Positions 33,003 to 42,987 of a stretch of 42,987 nucleotides of DNA are shown here, one piece after another. The notes under the pieces were generated by a model, which saw only the letters and a program-made list of their open reading frames with translations, had not been told where the DNA came from and ran no database searches. The stretch's first letter is position 1. Each line of letters starts with the position of its first letter. A program made the translations under genes and the position numbers. Source of the stretch: Alphaproteobacteria bacterium (GTDB lineage Bacteria; Pseudomonadota; Alphaproteobacteria; UBA8317); assembly GCA_038131935.1 (NCBI GenBank), contig JAYPQH010000031.1, positions 1 to 42,987 on the forward strand. Reading direction: 5' to 3'.

Positions 33003-34189
33003 GTCGACACCGGTGATACCAAGCCCATCAAATGAGCCATGTTCTTGAGTCCGATTTTTATATGGGCCATGGGTCGTGCATGCACCAGTTTTTTGTTCAT
33101 ATAGGCTTCAAAAGTAAGTTTTTGCACGTCAACGTCATGACAAAGTGATACAAAACGTTCACGCCTATTGTCATTGCGATAATAGGCATTCTGCATCATA
33201 CCCAAAACTTTGAAAACTTGGCCATGTTCTTTGAGGAATTCTTTTTCTCGCCGTGCGCAACCATGAAGCATCTGATGTTTTTAATGCCTTGTTGACAATA
33301 TTTGCAGAGAGATCACCTGCCATCATGGCATAATAAATTCCTTCGCCAGAAGATGGTGCAACAACACCTGCTGCATCGCCTGATAACAAAACGTCCCTTC
33401 CGTTATCCCATTTGGCTAGAGGTTTTAAAGGAATGGGGGCCCCTTCCTTTCGAAGGGTTGCACAGCTATCCAAGCCACTGTCTTGACGAAGGGCGGCGGT
33501 TGCTTTTTTCAGGTCGAACTTACTATGTCCTGTACCCATGCCGACACTTGCGCTTTCCCCATGCGGGAATACCCAGCCATAGAAGTCTGGACTGATGCGG
33601 CCATCATAAATGACATCGCATCGCGATGGATCATAATCTGTCTGATGTTCGCTGGTCGGGCGTTCAATGATTTCATGATAGGCGATTACATAAGTCAGTT
33701 CATCGCTTCTCTCAATTTCTTTGTGCGCTACTTGTGAACGCGCGCCATCTGCACCAATGACATATTTCGTGCGGATCGTTTTGTTTTCTTGAGAGGATCT
33801 ATCTGTAAAGACCACATCAACACCGTCATCTTGTGATCGTTCTAGCCTCAGAAAACTTCCCACAATGACATCAGCCCCAGCATTTTTTGCACGTGTTCGA
33901 AGAAACGGATCAAAATCAGCCCGGTCAACCATGCCAACAAATCCATTTTCAATGGGGATGTCCACTTTCCTACCAGTTGGGGAAATCATGCGTGCGGTGG
34001 TTATTTTTGCAACCAATTGACTGTCCGGTATGTTAAAGTCTTGTATCAATCTTGGTGGTATAGCGCCCCACAAGGTTTTGAGCGGCTAAAACGGTCAATG
34101 AGTGCAACTTTTCTGCCCAATTGTGCCAGTTTGGTCGCTGCACTTGCACCACTTGGTCCTCCACCAATAACCACAACATCATATTCCAT
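32999..34189 (-). CDS. bchP: Geranylgeranyl reductase (slips at 34066-34069 and 33242-33246)
   Basis: [14 protein letters not shown]...KPCG(G)[47 protein letters not shown]. Confidence 0.94.
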
Positions 34190-34190
34190 T

Positions 34191-35477
34191 TTACTCTCCC
34201 GCCATCATGGGTTGGCTTCCAAATTTCTCGCGTTCAATGATTTTTAAGGCCATATATCCAGCAACCAAAAATAGAGTTGCTTCCATCAGAAAAACCAATC
34301 CGAAGGCTACTGAATCGCTCATCATCATGCGGTAAATATCTGACAAACCCGCCCCTGTAAGACCTCCAAATCCAGCAGCGAGGGCTTGTGCTGCCCCCCA
34401 TAATCCCATCCTGCCACCTTCACGTCCGATTTGACCCTCGCCTGCCAGGCTCATCATGGCACCAATAGCGCCTACCGCAAAAATACCATTAAAAAATCCC
34501 AACATGCCCACAACAATGGGGAGTTGTTCTTGAAATGTTGACCACTGACCAATGGCAGCCAAGAGACTCAGTGCAGCAGCAGATCCAATACAGCCTGTCA
34601 CTGTCCATTGGCGTAAATTACCCCATTTGAACCCACTTGCAGAGATACCTATGACCACCATGCCAAAAAACACACCCATATTTTGGATGCCTGACAATGT
34701 GGTTGATGCGCCCAAGCTGTAGTCAAAAACCAGTCCTGCATAAGGCTCCAAGATCAGCTCTTGCATGAAGTAGGCGACCATGGATAGAAAAACAAATATG
34801 GTAAAATACCTTACTTTTGGCTCACTCCATACAAGGCTCAGTTCATGGTGAAGGTCAATTGATGTTGGTTTATGCTGTTCTTTTTTGGGCTTCTCAATTC
34901 CCCAAGTGGCAACAAAGGTAACGGTGATGCATAACAATCCCAAGCAGGCACTGATCATTAAAAGTCGCTGAGGTTCAAAGGGATCAAGCAATTGTCCCAA
35001 AATGCCTGCCGTAACCGCGATGCCAAAAATCATCATGAGCCATGTACATGTTGCGGCTGCTGCGCGTCTTGATGGGGCAGTTGTCGAGGCCAATAGGGCA
35101 AGTAATGATGTCCCCGACGCTGCCACGCCCAAACCTATAAGGCCATAGGCAAAAAATGACAGGCCAATGCCTAACCAGAAATATTGGTCCAGAACCAAAA
35201 CAGCGCAGGCGGCAAGAAAACCTCCAAGATTAAGTATAACCATGCCAATGATTATCCATAAACTACGTTTGCCCCGTAAATCAGATAGCAAACCCCAATG
35301 AGGGCGGGTGATTTGCACAAGATAGTGAAAGGCAACGAGAATACCTGGAATAATGGCGGCGAGAGATAGTTCTACAATCATGAGGCGGTTCAAGGTTGAT
35401 GTGCACATGACCACAACTGCACCAAGGCACATCTGCACGAGTCCTAGTCGAATAATATGGAGCCATGAGTGTAACAT
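34191..35477 (-). CDS. PucC-family (BCD) MFS transporter between bchG and bchP
   Basis: [42 protein letters not shown]. Confidence 0.92.
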   Translation of the reverse strand: MLHSWLHIIRLGLVQMCLGAVVVMCTSTLNRLMIVELSLAAIIPGILVAFHYLVQITRPHWGLLSDLRGKRSLWIIIGMVILNLGGFLAACAVLVLDQYFWLGIGLSFFAYGLIGLGVAASGTSLLALLASTTAPSRRAAAATCTWLMMIFGIAVTAGILGQLLDPFEPQRLLMISACLGLLCITVTFVATWGIEKPKKEQHKPTSIDLHHELSLVWSEPKVRYFTIFVFLSMVAYFMQELILEPYAGLVFDYSLGASTTLSGIQNMGVFFGMVVIGISASGFKWGNLRQWTVTGCIGSAAALSLLAAIGQWSTFQEQLPIVVGMLGFFNGIFAVGAIGAMMSLAGEGQIGREGGRMGLWGAAQALAAGFGGLTGAGLSDIYRMMMSDSVAFGLVFLMEATLFLVAGYMALKIIEREKFGSQPMMAGE

Positions 35478-36397
35478 CAAAATCCTCCTGTCATGTCGCT
35501 TAAGGCCCATGCCGTTACCATCATGCCCAAGATATACGGGATCACCCCGGGGCCATTAAACCATGGGGCTTTACCCTTTGGATCTTTGAGAAGCAGGCGC
35601 ATGGCCCATATTTGTGGTGCTAAGAGGGCTATGATGATGATGCCAATGATGTGATGACCCCACCCAAATAGCAGCAGCATGACAGTAACTTGCGCAATAA
35701 GTATGACCCCACAAGCAACAAGCGCGGCTTTATCTGGCCCCAACATCACAGGAAGAGATTGTACACCTGTTTTGCGGTCACCCTCTAACGCTTTAAAATC
35801 ATTCAGCGTCATGATGCCAAACGCGCCAAGCCCATAAAGGGTTGCCATGATCATATGTGCAACGCTCGGTGCTTGTGCGCTCATGATCGCAACGCCCGTA
35901 AGCCATGGCAATGTCTCATAACTTAACCCCACCAGCAAAGGACCCCAAATCCCTGACCGCTTAAGCCGCACGGGTTCACATGAATAGGCCCAGGCGCTCA
36001 ACACAGCAATAACCGTAGGAACCAGTACCCAAACACCAGCACTTGCAGCCAATCCTAAGGCGGCAATACTCATGGAGATAGCAATCCAAAGCCCCCATTT
36101 TCCTGGGATGCGACCGCTTGGAATGGGACGATGAGGCTCATTGATTTGGTCAACATGTCTATCGCACCAATCATTTGCAGCTTGTGACATTCCACAGACA
36201 AGAGGTCCCACAAGAATGAGCCCTACAAGAATTTCGTGCCCATGCTCGAAAACAGTTCCTCCTGATGATACCAACCCACAAAGAAAGGCCCAAATGGGGG
36301 GGAACCAGGTGATAGGCTTGAGCAACGTCAAAACGGCCCGAGGTTCAGGTGTATGGCGCGTCCAGGCGCGGGGAGATGTATCAGATGTATGCAACAT
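35477..36397 (-). CDS. bchG: Bacteriochlorophyll synthase
   Basis: LKPITWFPP, SQAANDWCDRHVDQINEPHRPIPSG, MTLNDFKALEGD. Confidence 0.96.
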   Translation of the reverse strand: MLHTSDTSPRAWTRHTPEPRAVLTLLKPITWFPPIWAFLCGLVSSGGTVFEHGHEILVGLILVGPLVCGMSQAANDWCDRHVDQINEPHRPIPSGRIPGKWGLWIAISMSIAALGLAASAGVWVLVPTVIAVLSAWAYSCEPVRLKRSGIWGPLLVGLSYETLPWLTGVAIMSAQAPSVAHMIMATLYGLGAFGIMTLNDFKALEGDRKTGVQSLPVMLGPDKAALVACGVILIAQVTVMLLLFGWGHHIIGIIIIALLAPQIWAMRLLLKDPKGKAPWFNGPGVIPYILGMMVTAWALSDMTGGF

Positions 36398-36400
36398 AAT

Positions 36401-36452
36401 TGTAATATTATATTTACAACTTATTTTGTGCAACTGTAAGTTTCATTGGTCA
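36401..36452. promoter_or_regulatory. PpsR boxes upstream of bchG
   Basis: Exact TGT-AATATTATATTT-ACA at 36401-36418; one-mismatch TGT-AAGTTTCATTGG-TCA at 36435-36452. Confidence 0.8.
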
Positions 36453-36570
36453 TGTAAAGTTTATTGCTTGTTTGCAACGTCGATTGCATAGTAGATGCTT
36501 CGCAGGTGTGGAATATTCTTTGACAATGTTGTCAGTAGGATGAAAGTTTGTTGCATAGTGAGGTTAAGGT

Positions 36571-37202
36571 ATGATTGATTTGTACACATGGACCACCCCG
36601 AATGGTCGCAAAGTATCTATTTTGTTGGAAGAGCTTTCAGTTCCCTACAATCCTATCGCCATTAATATTACAAAGGATGAGCAATTCACCCCAGAATTTC
36701 TATCTGTCAGCCCAAACAACAAGATCCCAGCTATCGTTGATCATGAAACAGGCATTCAGTTGATGGAATCAGGCGCCATCATGGTTTATCTTGCAGACAA
36801 GTATGAGCAATTTTTACCCAAAGAGCCCAAAGGGCGTGCTCAAGTTACTGAATGGCTCATGTGGCAGATGGGGGGTTGGGTCCCATGCTTGGCCAAGTGC
36901 ATCATTTTGTAAAATTCAATGCTGGTAAGAGCGCTTATGCAGAAGAAAGATTTGGCAATGAAGCACGAAGACTATACCGGGTTCTCGATGAGCAACTGGC
37001 CCGTGGCCATGGTTTTATAGCGGGAGATTACTCCATTGCAGACATGGCATGTTGGCCTTGGATCTCTCGTTACGAGTGGCAAGGAATTGATTTGGCTGAA
37101 TTTCCACATGTTAAAAGTTGGTATCAAAATATTCTGAAACGCCCTGCTGTTCAAAAAGGCTATCAAGTACCAAAAGATATGGGGCCAATTCCCGCAGGCT
37201 AA
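36571..37202 (+). CDS. Glutathione S-transferase, YfcG/Ure2-like (frameshift in G-run 36870-36875)
   Basis: WTTPNGRK, SPNNKIPAI, ESGAI, WQMG(G)LGPMLGQ, YSIADMACWPW. Confidence 0.92.
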
Positions 37203-37205
37203 CCC

Positions 37206-37433
37206 TTATGAGGAATTTAAAAGACGCTGGAGCGTGCTTTGTAAGGCTTGATGAAGATTTTCTGGTCCAACTTGTATCCGAAAATCTTCTATCATGTAGA
37301 TTGCTTCAAGCCCTGCAAAGTTATAGCTGTGAAGAAGCTTTATGTTCATGGCCCAATCAGGCAGGTAGCTACCAGATGTAAACCACGCAACAAAGATCAT
37401 CAGCCATAAGTGATACAAAACATATCGGTGCAC
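37206..37433 (-). CDS. Small hypothetical membrane-anchored protein, 75 aa
   Basis: GTG at 37433 preceded by AGGA that overlaps the MBOAT stop; hydrophobic N-terminus YVLYHLWLMIFVAWFTSG; fills the gap up to the convergent GST stop. Confidence 0.6.
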   Translation of the reverse strand: MHRYVLYHLWLMIFVAWFTSGSYLPDWAMNIKLLHSYNFAGLEAIYMIEDFRIQVGPENLHQALQSTLQRLLNSS

Positions 37434-37444
37434 AAAATTTTTCC

Positions 37445-38789
37445 TTAAAACTGAAAATAAATAAATGGTGCGACCCCAGGCGGAGCTAGGGCAAATAATA
37501 CCCATATTGTTAGGCCTGTCAGCCATAGATGGGCGTAGGGTCGCTTTTTCCAAAAATCATAACCATAAATGACGGAATCTTTTGGTGGTATCATGGCTAG
37601 AAAAGCTCCCAAGATGGTCAATGCATAGATATACAATGGAAAATTAGGGAAGTTTCCAGCTGTCAACATGGCAGCATAATAATCAAAGGCTGTGGAAAGG
37701 TCAGGCGCGCGAAAAAGTATCCATAAGAGATTGACTGATAGGTATGTTGCCAAAACGCCAATCTGGGTTGATCTTGTAAGGGCGAGTAATACGCCATGTA
37801 AAAGACCCCAAATGACAAAGGTCCAATTCGCGCCATGCCAAAGTCCTGCCAACATCATGGCAAAAATAAGATGGGACGCTGTTCTCACGGCGCTGTGATG
37901 TGACCCGCCCATGGGAATATAGATATAATCTCTAATAAACCGAGACAACGTCATGTGCCAACGGCGCCAAAAATTCTGTTAAAGATTTTGCTGCATAAGG
38001 TGCTGAGAAATTCTGGGGCAGCCTATAGCCTAGCAACAAAAAGCAAAACCGATTGCCAAATCGGAATAACCAGAGAAGTCGCAAAAAATTTGAATGCCAT
38101 AGGCAAACATGGCAATCCATGCTTCCCACATTCCTTGTGGACCTACTTGCCAAATCGGATCAACGACATTTTGTGCGAGATAATTTGCAATAATAAGTTT
38201 TTTCAAAAGCCCAAGGAGAATAAGTTCTCCCGCACGCATGATGTCCTTGGAGCATAAGGTAGGATACCCTCTCAGTTGTGGTATCAATTCATGGGCACGG
38301 ACAATAGGTCCTGCAACCAGTTGAGGAAAAAAGCTTAAAAAAGCACTTGTTTCCAAAAGGGAAGGGCGCACAGATTTTGTTGGATTGGTCTCGTCTATAA
38401 TAAAAATGCCCTGGAAGATATAAAAAGAAATGCCAACGGGTAAAATGATATCTGTAATTGTGCTTCTTGAAACAAACCAAATGGTGCAAACAGGCGCGCA
38501 AATTCATAGGAGAAAAAATTCAAAATATTTGAAAAAACCTAAGATAAGTACCAATGCCGTGATGCAAAATATTCTTATATGCCGGGAATTTGGTCCATAG
38601 TGCGCGCCTATCCAGCTCATGATTGAACAGCAGGCGATGAGTGCACAAAAACGAATATCCCAAGCCGCATAGAATATGTATGGGGCAGTTAATATATAGC
38701 CAAGCCGCGCTGTTTGAAAATGCAATGCTCCAAAATAGGGTAAGCACCACGAGAAAAAAGAGAAAAAATGACAATGTAGGGAACAGCAT
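37445..38789 (-). CDS. MBOAT O-acyltransferase, AlgI/PatA family (about four or more frameshifts)
   Basis: Fragments MLFPTLSF, FFKY, ILPVGISFYIFQ, FFPQLVAGPIVRA, QIFCDFSGYSDLA, NF.APY, WRRWHMTLS, catalytic GLWHGA, C-terminal FIYFQF. Confidence 0.9.
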
Positions 38790-38826
38790 AAAAAGTTCCA
38801 GTCTAGGATAATTAAGGTTATTGCCA

Positions 38827-39698
38827 TTAACCGCGCATCAAACCGCCAGCTCTCTGAACGTAAAATGATTTTTGTTTTAGCCTCTTTAAGATAACGTCGC
38901 CAACATCTTTATACCCTCTTATGTTAAAATGTGATCCATCTTTGCTGCGGATGCGTATGGGGATGTTGTTTTCGATAATATCATATTGGAAATTCCCCTC
39001 CTGATCTCCGTACCGACCACGAAGGGGAAGGTAATCTACCCCATTATCACGCATGACACGCTGATAGATCTTTTCAACAAAGCGTAAATGCTGGTCTCGG
39101 TCGGCATCTTTATCAGGTGCTGGCCCCAACCATAGAACACAATAAAACCCTTTTCTTGGACGATTTGTATGATGTCTCGAACTCTTTTTTCATAAGTTCG
39201 TGACCAATCGGGAGAACGCAATCGGGCAGAAAGTCCTGGTATTGGTTTGTCATCATTCGCACCAAAGTGAAAAACCAAACAGTCATCTTGGTTTTTGGGA
39301 AGGTTGTTGCCCAAATAGCTTGGCCAATCAAAAAAGTCATGACGCGCCAACCCGGAAGACTGTTTGCCTTCATCGATCGTAATAAGGGGTGTTTCTTGTT
39401 TGCGTACCGCTATTTTGAAACCCAACGCATAGCCTTGTGCAAGTGAATCTCCCAAAAACACGACTTGCCTATTTTGTTTTATTGGAACGTCTTGGACAGA
39501 AAAATCTTCAAATTCAGATGGCTTTTTCATAGGCAACCTGGGGTTGGATAGATAAGCAAGTTGCCATGCAGGTATTTCTTCTTCTGGCGGCAATTGCCTC
39601 AGCATAGCTTCATTTGCCACAGGCGCACATCCTGCCAACATAGCGGTCACAAGTAAGGACTTAATTGTTGCTGAGAAGCGTTGAGGCAATAAAATCAT
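38827..39698 (-). CDS. SGNH/GDSL hydrolase-family lipoprotein, DUF459-like (frameshift near 39130)
   Basis: Lipobox LAGC, FLGDSLA, QSSGLARHDFFDW, FGAND, KDGSHFN in ORF 38827-39129. Confidence 0.82.
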
Positions 39699-40401
39699 AA
39701 CCAAACCGAGTAAAATGTATTCTGTCCTTATAGCGTAATTTTATCTTAGATCCATCTGTTTGGGTAAGGTATAAACGAAAACGACCATCATCTGTAAGCA
39801 AATTATTGAGACGATGATAAACGAGTTTGTCCGCCACAATTGTCTCTTGTAAATTCCGGATAAGGTTATGAGTTCGGGTGGTTTCCCAGTCTCGGTCAGT
39901 GATGGGAAGTTCAATCCAATGAACAGCGATGGGAAGTTGTTGTAATCCGATAACAAAACTTTTTAGCTTGTCCTCATAGGTTCTTACCCAATCTGGTGTC
40001 CCAGGCGCACGAAATCTCCCATCAATGCGCACGGGTTGAAGGTCATTTGTGCCCATGAGTAAAAAAATTGCTGTTTGTTCGAAATGGTTTGGGGGTATTT
40101 GTTCTTCAATTCGCTTAAGCCAATCCTCAGCATTTGTTTGAAGCAGTCCATCCGAGATAGCGGTTAAGTTGTAGAATACCACACAATCACGGAACATTCG
40201 TGACATGCCCCCGAATATGCCATCTGCCAGAGAGTCACCAACAACAATGACCTTCTCATATTTTACATGTTGGCAACCAGTTTCTCCGCTCGATGCAAAG
40301 GAGGTCTGTGAAAACAACAAGAACATGCCAAAGCAACAGGCAATGATGAGAAGCCGCACTGCAAATTTTCGGGGACGTTCATCACTCCACAACATGCCCA
40401 T
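39661..40401 (-). CDS. Exported SGNH/GDSL hydrolase-family protein, DUF459-like
   Basis: Signal peptide or anchor, VVGDSLADG, MGTNDLQ, KDRIHFT. Confidence 0.85.
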   Translation of the reverse strand: MGMLWSDERPRKFAVRLLIIACCFGMFLLFSQTSFASSGETGCQHVKYEKVIVVGDSLADGIFGGMSRMFRDCVVFYNLTAISDGLLQTNAEDWLKRIEEQIPPNHFEQTAIFLLMGTNDLQPVRIDGRFRAPGTPDWVRTYEDKLKSFVIGLQQLPIAVHWIELPITDRDWETTRTHNLIRNLQETIVADKLVYHRLNNLLTDDGRFRLYLTQTDGSKIKLRYKDRIHFTRFGYDFIASTLLSNN

Positions 40402-40517
40402 GGTTATACGTTTGCCCTACTCATTTTGTCGGCCCTCAAATGCCTGATTGAACATTAATGTAGAATAATTTTACGTCATGAGTGTTTGAAAAACTGACGT
40501 GTAAAACCAAAACCCTT

Positions 40518-41293
40518 TTAACGTTCGTTAATCGCCCATCCCCATCAATGATGAGTGTTTGTCCTGTCGTCCATGCACCCGCACGACTTGCCAAATATAT
40601 CGCTGCACCAGCTATATCATCAGGAGACCAAGTCGCCCCAGTGCGTACAGAATCAGCCACAACTTTAGCGCGTTCAGGCTCCTCCCCATTAAAAGCTTTT
40701 GCGAAATCTGTTTTTACGACCGCTGGTGCAATACCATTCACACGAATGTTATCTTTGCCATAGGCTACAGCAAGATTTCGAACCAACTGAGTATCCGCAG
40801 CCTTCGTCACAGCATACATACCTAAATTGCGAGAGCCTTTGAACGCTGCAATAGAGGAAATAATAACAATAGCGCCATCTTTTTGAGCCTGCATATGGGG
40901 CAAACAAGCCTTGGCAAGCTTCATATTCGAGCGAATATTGACTTGGACTGTTTTGTCAAAAACATCGTCAGGGGTATCCAAAAAGGGGCCAAAATATGGA
41001 TTCACAGCGGCATTGCAAACCAAAATATCTACACCACCCAAAGTATCGTTTATCTGTTGAACAAGTTTCTGGATTTGGTCCTCGTGGGATATATTTGCAG
41101 GTATTGGGGTAGCCAAACCACCTTGCTGTTGGATTTGAGAAGCTACCTCGCGGCATGCATCTTCTTTTCGGCTTGAAATAATAACATGGGCGCCAGATTG
41201 GGCCATATGCTCCGCAATCGCTTTGCCAATACCCTTTGTTGAACCTGTAATAAGCGCGGTTTTACCCGTTAAATCAAATAAGGGACTCATCAT
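40518..41293 (-). CDS. Short-chain dehydrogenase/reductase, DHRS4-like (3' slips)
   Basis: TGSTKGIG, VCNAAVNP, catalytic YAVTK, IRVNGIAP; one extra G gives IDGGWAINER* ending at 40518. Confidence 0.9.
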
Positions 41294-42321
41294 AATGCCA
41301 CCAATTGTTTCCCAAAATTTTTACCTTGCAACAGTCCTAAAAAAGCATCAGGAGACTGCGCTATGCCTTGTGCAATGTCTTCTTTATAAATCAGTTGTTT
41401 GCTGTTGATATACCCAAGAACTTCCTCATGAAACCGTGGGAAATGATCATAATGGTTTGAGATGATAAATCCATTAATTGAAAGCTGGTTGACTAAGATG
41501 CTTCTCCAGATTTTTGGAAGTCTATCAATACCCGTCATGCCTCCTAAGCCAAGTCCGCCAAGGTTATAAAATGATATCATGCCACAGACAGGAACCCGAC
41601 CACCGCGGTTCATGAGGCCCATGGCTGCTTCCATTGTCACGCCACCAACATTTTCATAATAAATATCAATGCCATGGGGACAAGCATCTGAAAGAGCTTT
41701 ATGCATCTCATCAGCATTTTTCATTTGGCGATGATCTATGCAGGCATCAAAACCAAGTTGCTCCGTCACAAAAGCACATTTTCAGGGCCTCCAGCTACCC
41801 CACAACATGAAGGCCATAGATTTTGCCAATTGTCCGACCATGGAACCAACGGCACCACTGGCAGCGCCAACCACGAGTGTTTCTCCCTTTTGTGGACGGC
41901 CATGAATATTTAGACCAAACCAACCGGTAAATCCTGGCATACCCAATACACCCAAAGACGTTGAAATAGGGGCATCATCTGGATTAATCCGTCGAATTTT
42001 TTCAGCTGGGAGTACGCCATGAGTGGTCCATCCAAAACGACCTACAACCATTTCTCCTTCATGAAAATGACTGCTGCGAGATGTGACAATTGTCCCTACA
42101 CCCTCTGCCTCCATGGTTTCGTTGATGCCCACTGGCTTGGCATAAGATTTTGTATCATCCATGCGTCCACGCATGTAGGGGTCTAGCGAAAAATAATGCA
42201 TTTTCACCAACACTTCACCATCAGCACATTCGGGTAAAGGCGTTGTTTCTAGTGCAAAATTTTCCAAGGTAGGGATGCCGTTTGGTCTGCTTGCGAGTAC
42301 AATATGTTGCCGTTCTTGCAT
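41290..42321 (-). CDS. NADP-dependent oxidoreductase, CurA/YncB-like MDR family (three slips at 41778-41825)
   Basis: LASRPNG.P, SLDPYMRGRM, LGMPGFTG, AASGAVGS, YYENVGG, GKNFGKQLV. Confidence 0.92.
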
Positions 42322-42437
42322 GGATTGTCCTTAGATGGTTTCATTCATGAACTTTGACGGCATGATGGATTGTTCCATAGAGTTTGGCAATAATGATGGG
42401 GGTGACAAAAAATCATGTATATGCCCGGGAGATGGAA

Positions 42438-42905
42438 ATGACGACAGAGATAGAATGGACCAATTTGCAAAGCCGAAAAGGCGAAGAGTTGGGGATATCA
42501 GAATGGATTTGTGTTGATCAAAAACGTATTGATGGGTTCGCTCACGTGACGGAAGATCATCAATTCATTCATGTGGACCCTGAGCGTGCCGCGCAGGAAA
42601 CAGCTTTCGGAGGAACGATTGCACATGGTTTCCTAACATTATCTTTGCTTCCCTGGATGGGGGCTCAATGTTTGCCAAGATTGCGTCACACCCGGATGGG
42701 TATAAATTATGGCTTTGAAAAAATTCGTTTTTTAGCCCCTGTAAAGGTAAATTCTTTCATTCGTGGTCGGTTTGTTTTACGCAATATAGAAGAGCGTCAT
42801 CCTGGTGAAATCACGATGTTTTGGGAAGTGACCGTAGAAATACAAGGCCAAGATAAACCTGCTCTTTTTGCCGAGTGGCTTAACCGAAGATATTTAGAGA
42901 ATTGA
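42438..42905 (+). CDS. MaoC/NodN-like hot-dog-fold dehydratase
   Basis: FAHVTEDHQFIHVDPERA, GTIAHGFLTLSL, NYGFEKIRF. Confidence 0.92.
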   Translation: MTTEIEWTNLQSRKGEELGISEWICVDQKRIDGFAHVTEDHQFIHVDPERAAQETAFGGTIAHGFLTLSLLPWMGAQCLPRLRHTRMGINYGFEKIRFLAPVKVNSFIRGRFVLRNIEERHPGEITMFWEVTVEIQGQDKPALFAEWLNRRYLEN

Positions 42906-42987
42906 TAAATACTCTATCGAAAAGACGAGAATCTTGAGCGTGATATATGAAGCCAAATCCAACTGATGCTTGATTGTATAAAGGCGA

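Noticed and set aside
40436-40517. C-terminal extension of the SDR
   Set aside because: Explained by one missing G in the DGG codons; the corrected stop is at 40518.
42906-42987. Possible gene start at the right edge
   Set aside because: Too little sequence; the ATG at 42948 closes after eight codons and a later ATG runs off the window.

Overview
About 36.4 kb (1-36400) of this window is a near-complete anoxygenic photosynthesis gene cluster (PGC) of Rhodobacteraceae/Roseobacter type. Order: bchH(3' part)-bchL-bchM-lhaA-puhABC-bciE-acsF-puhE-hemA-cycA > < bchO-bchD-bchI-crtA | crtI-crtB-tspO > < crtC-crtD | crtE-crtF-bchCXYZ-pufQBALMX-dxs > < idi-bchP-pucC-like-bchG. It is a PufX-type, pufC-less, AcsF-using, spheroidenone-pathway cluster, as in aerobic anoxygenic phototrophs, with five exact PpsR TGT-N12-ACA boxes at the crtA/crtI, crtD/crtE and bchC promoters plus one at bchG, and two one-mismatch boxes. 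GC looks low (mid-40s % by eye, not computed). The last 6.4 kb carry a GST, a four-gene MBOAT/SGNH O-acylation cassette, an SDR, an NADP-dependent oxidoreductase and a MaoC-like dehydratase. Roughly 20 single-base frameshifts, mostly in homopolymers, most likely reflect long-read assembly errors rather than decay. Best leads: the cluster looks circularly permuted relative to the usual roseobacter order; PufX and the LH1 peptides lack residues tied to dimerisation and spectral tuning; hemA has a clean in-frame TGA; the pufK-like leader runs in frame into pufB; crtC has no obvious start codon; and the O-acylation cassette ends in an unannotated 75-aa membrane peptide. All family calls come from motif recognition and recalled reference sequences; no searches were run.
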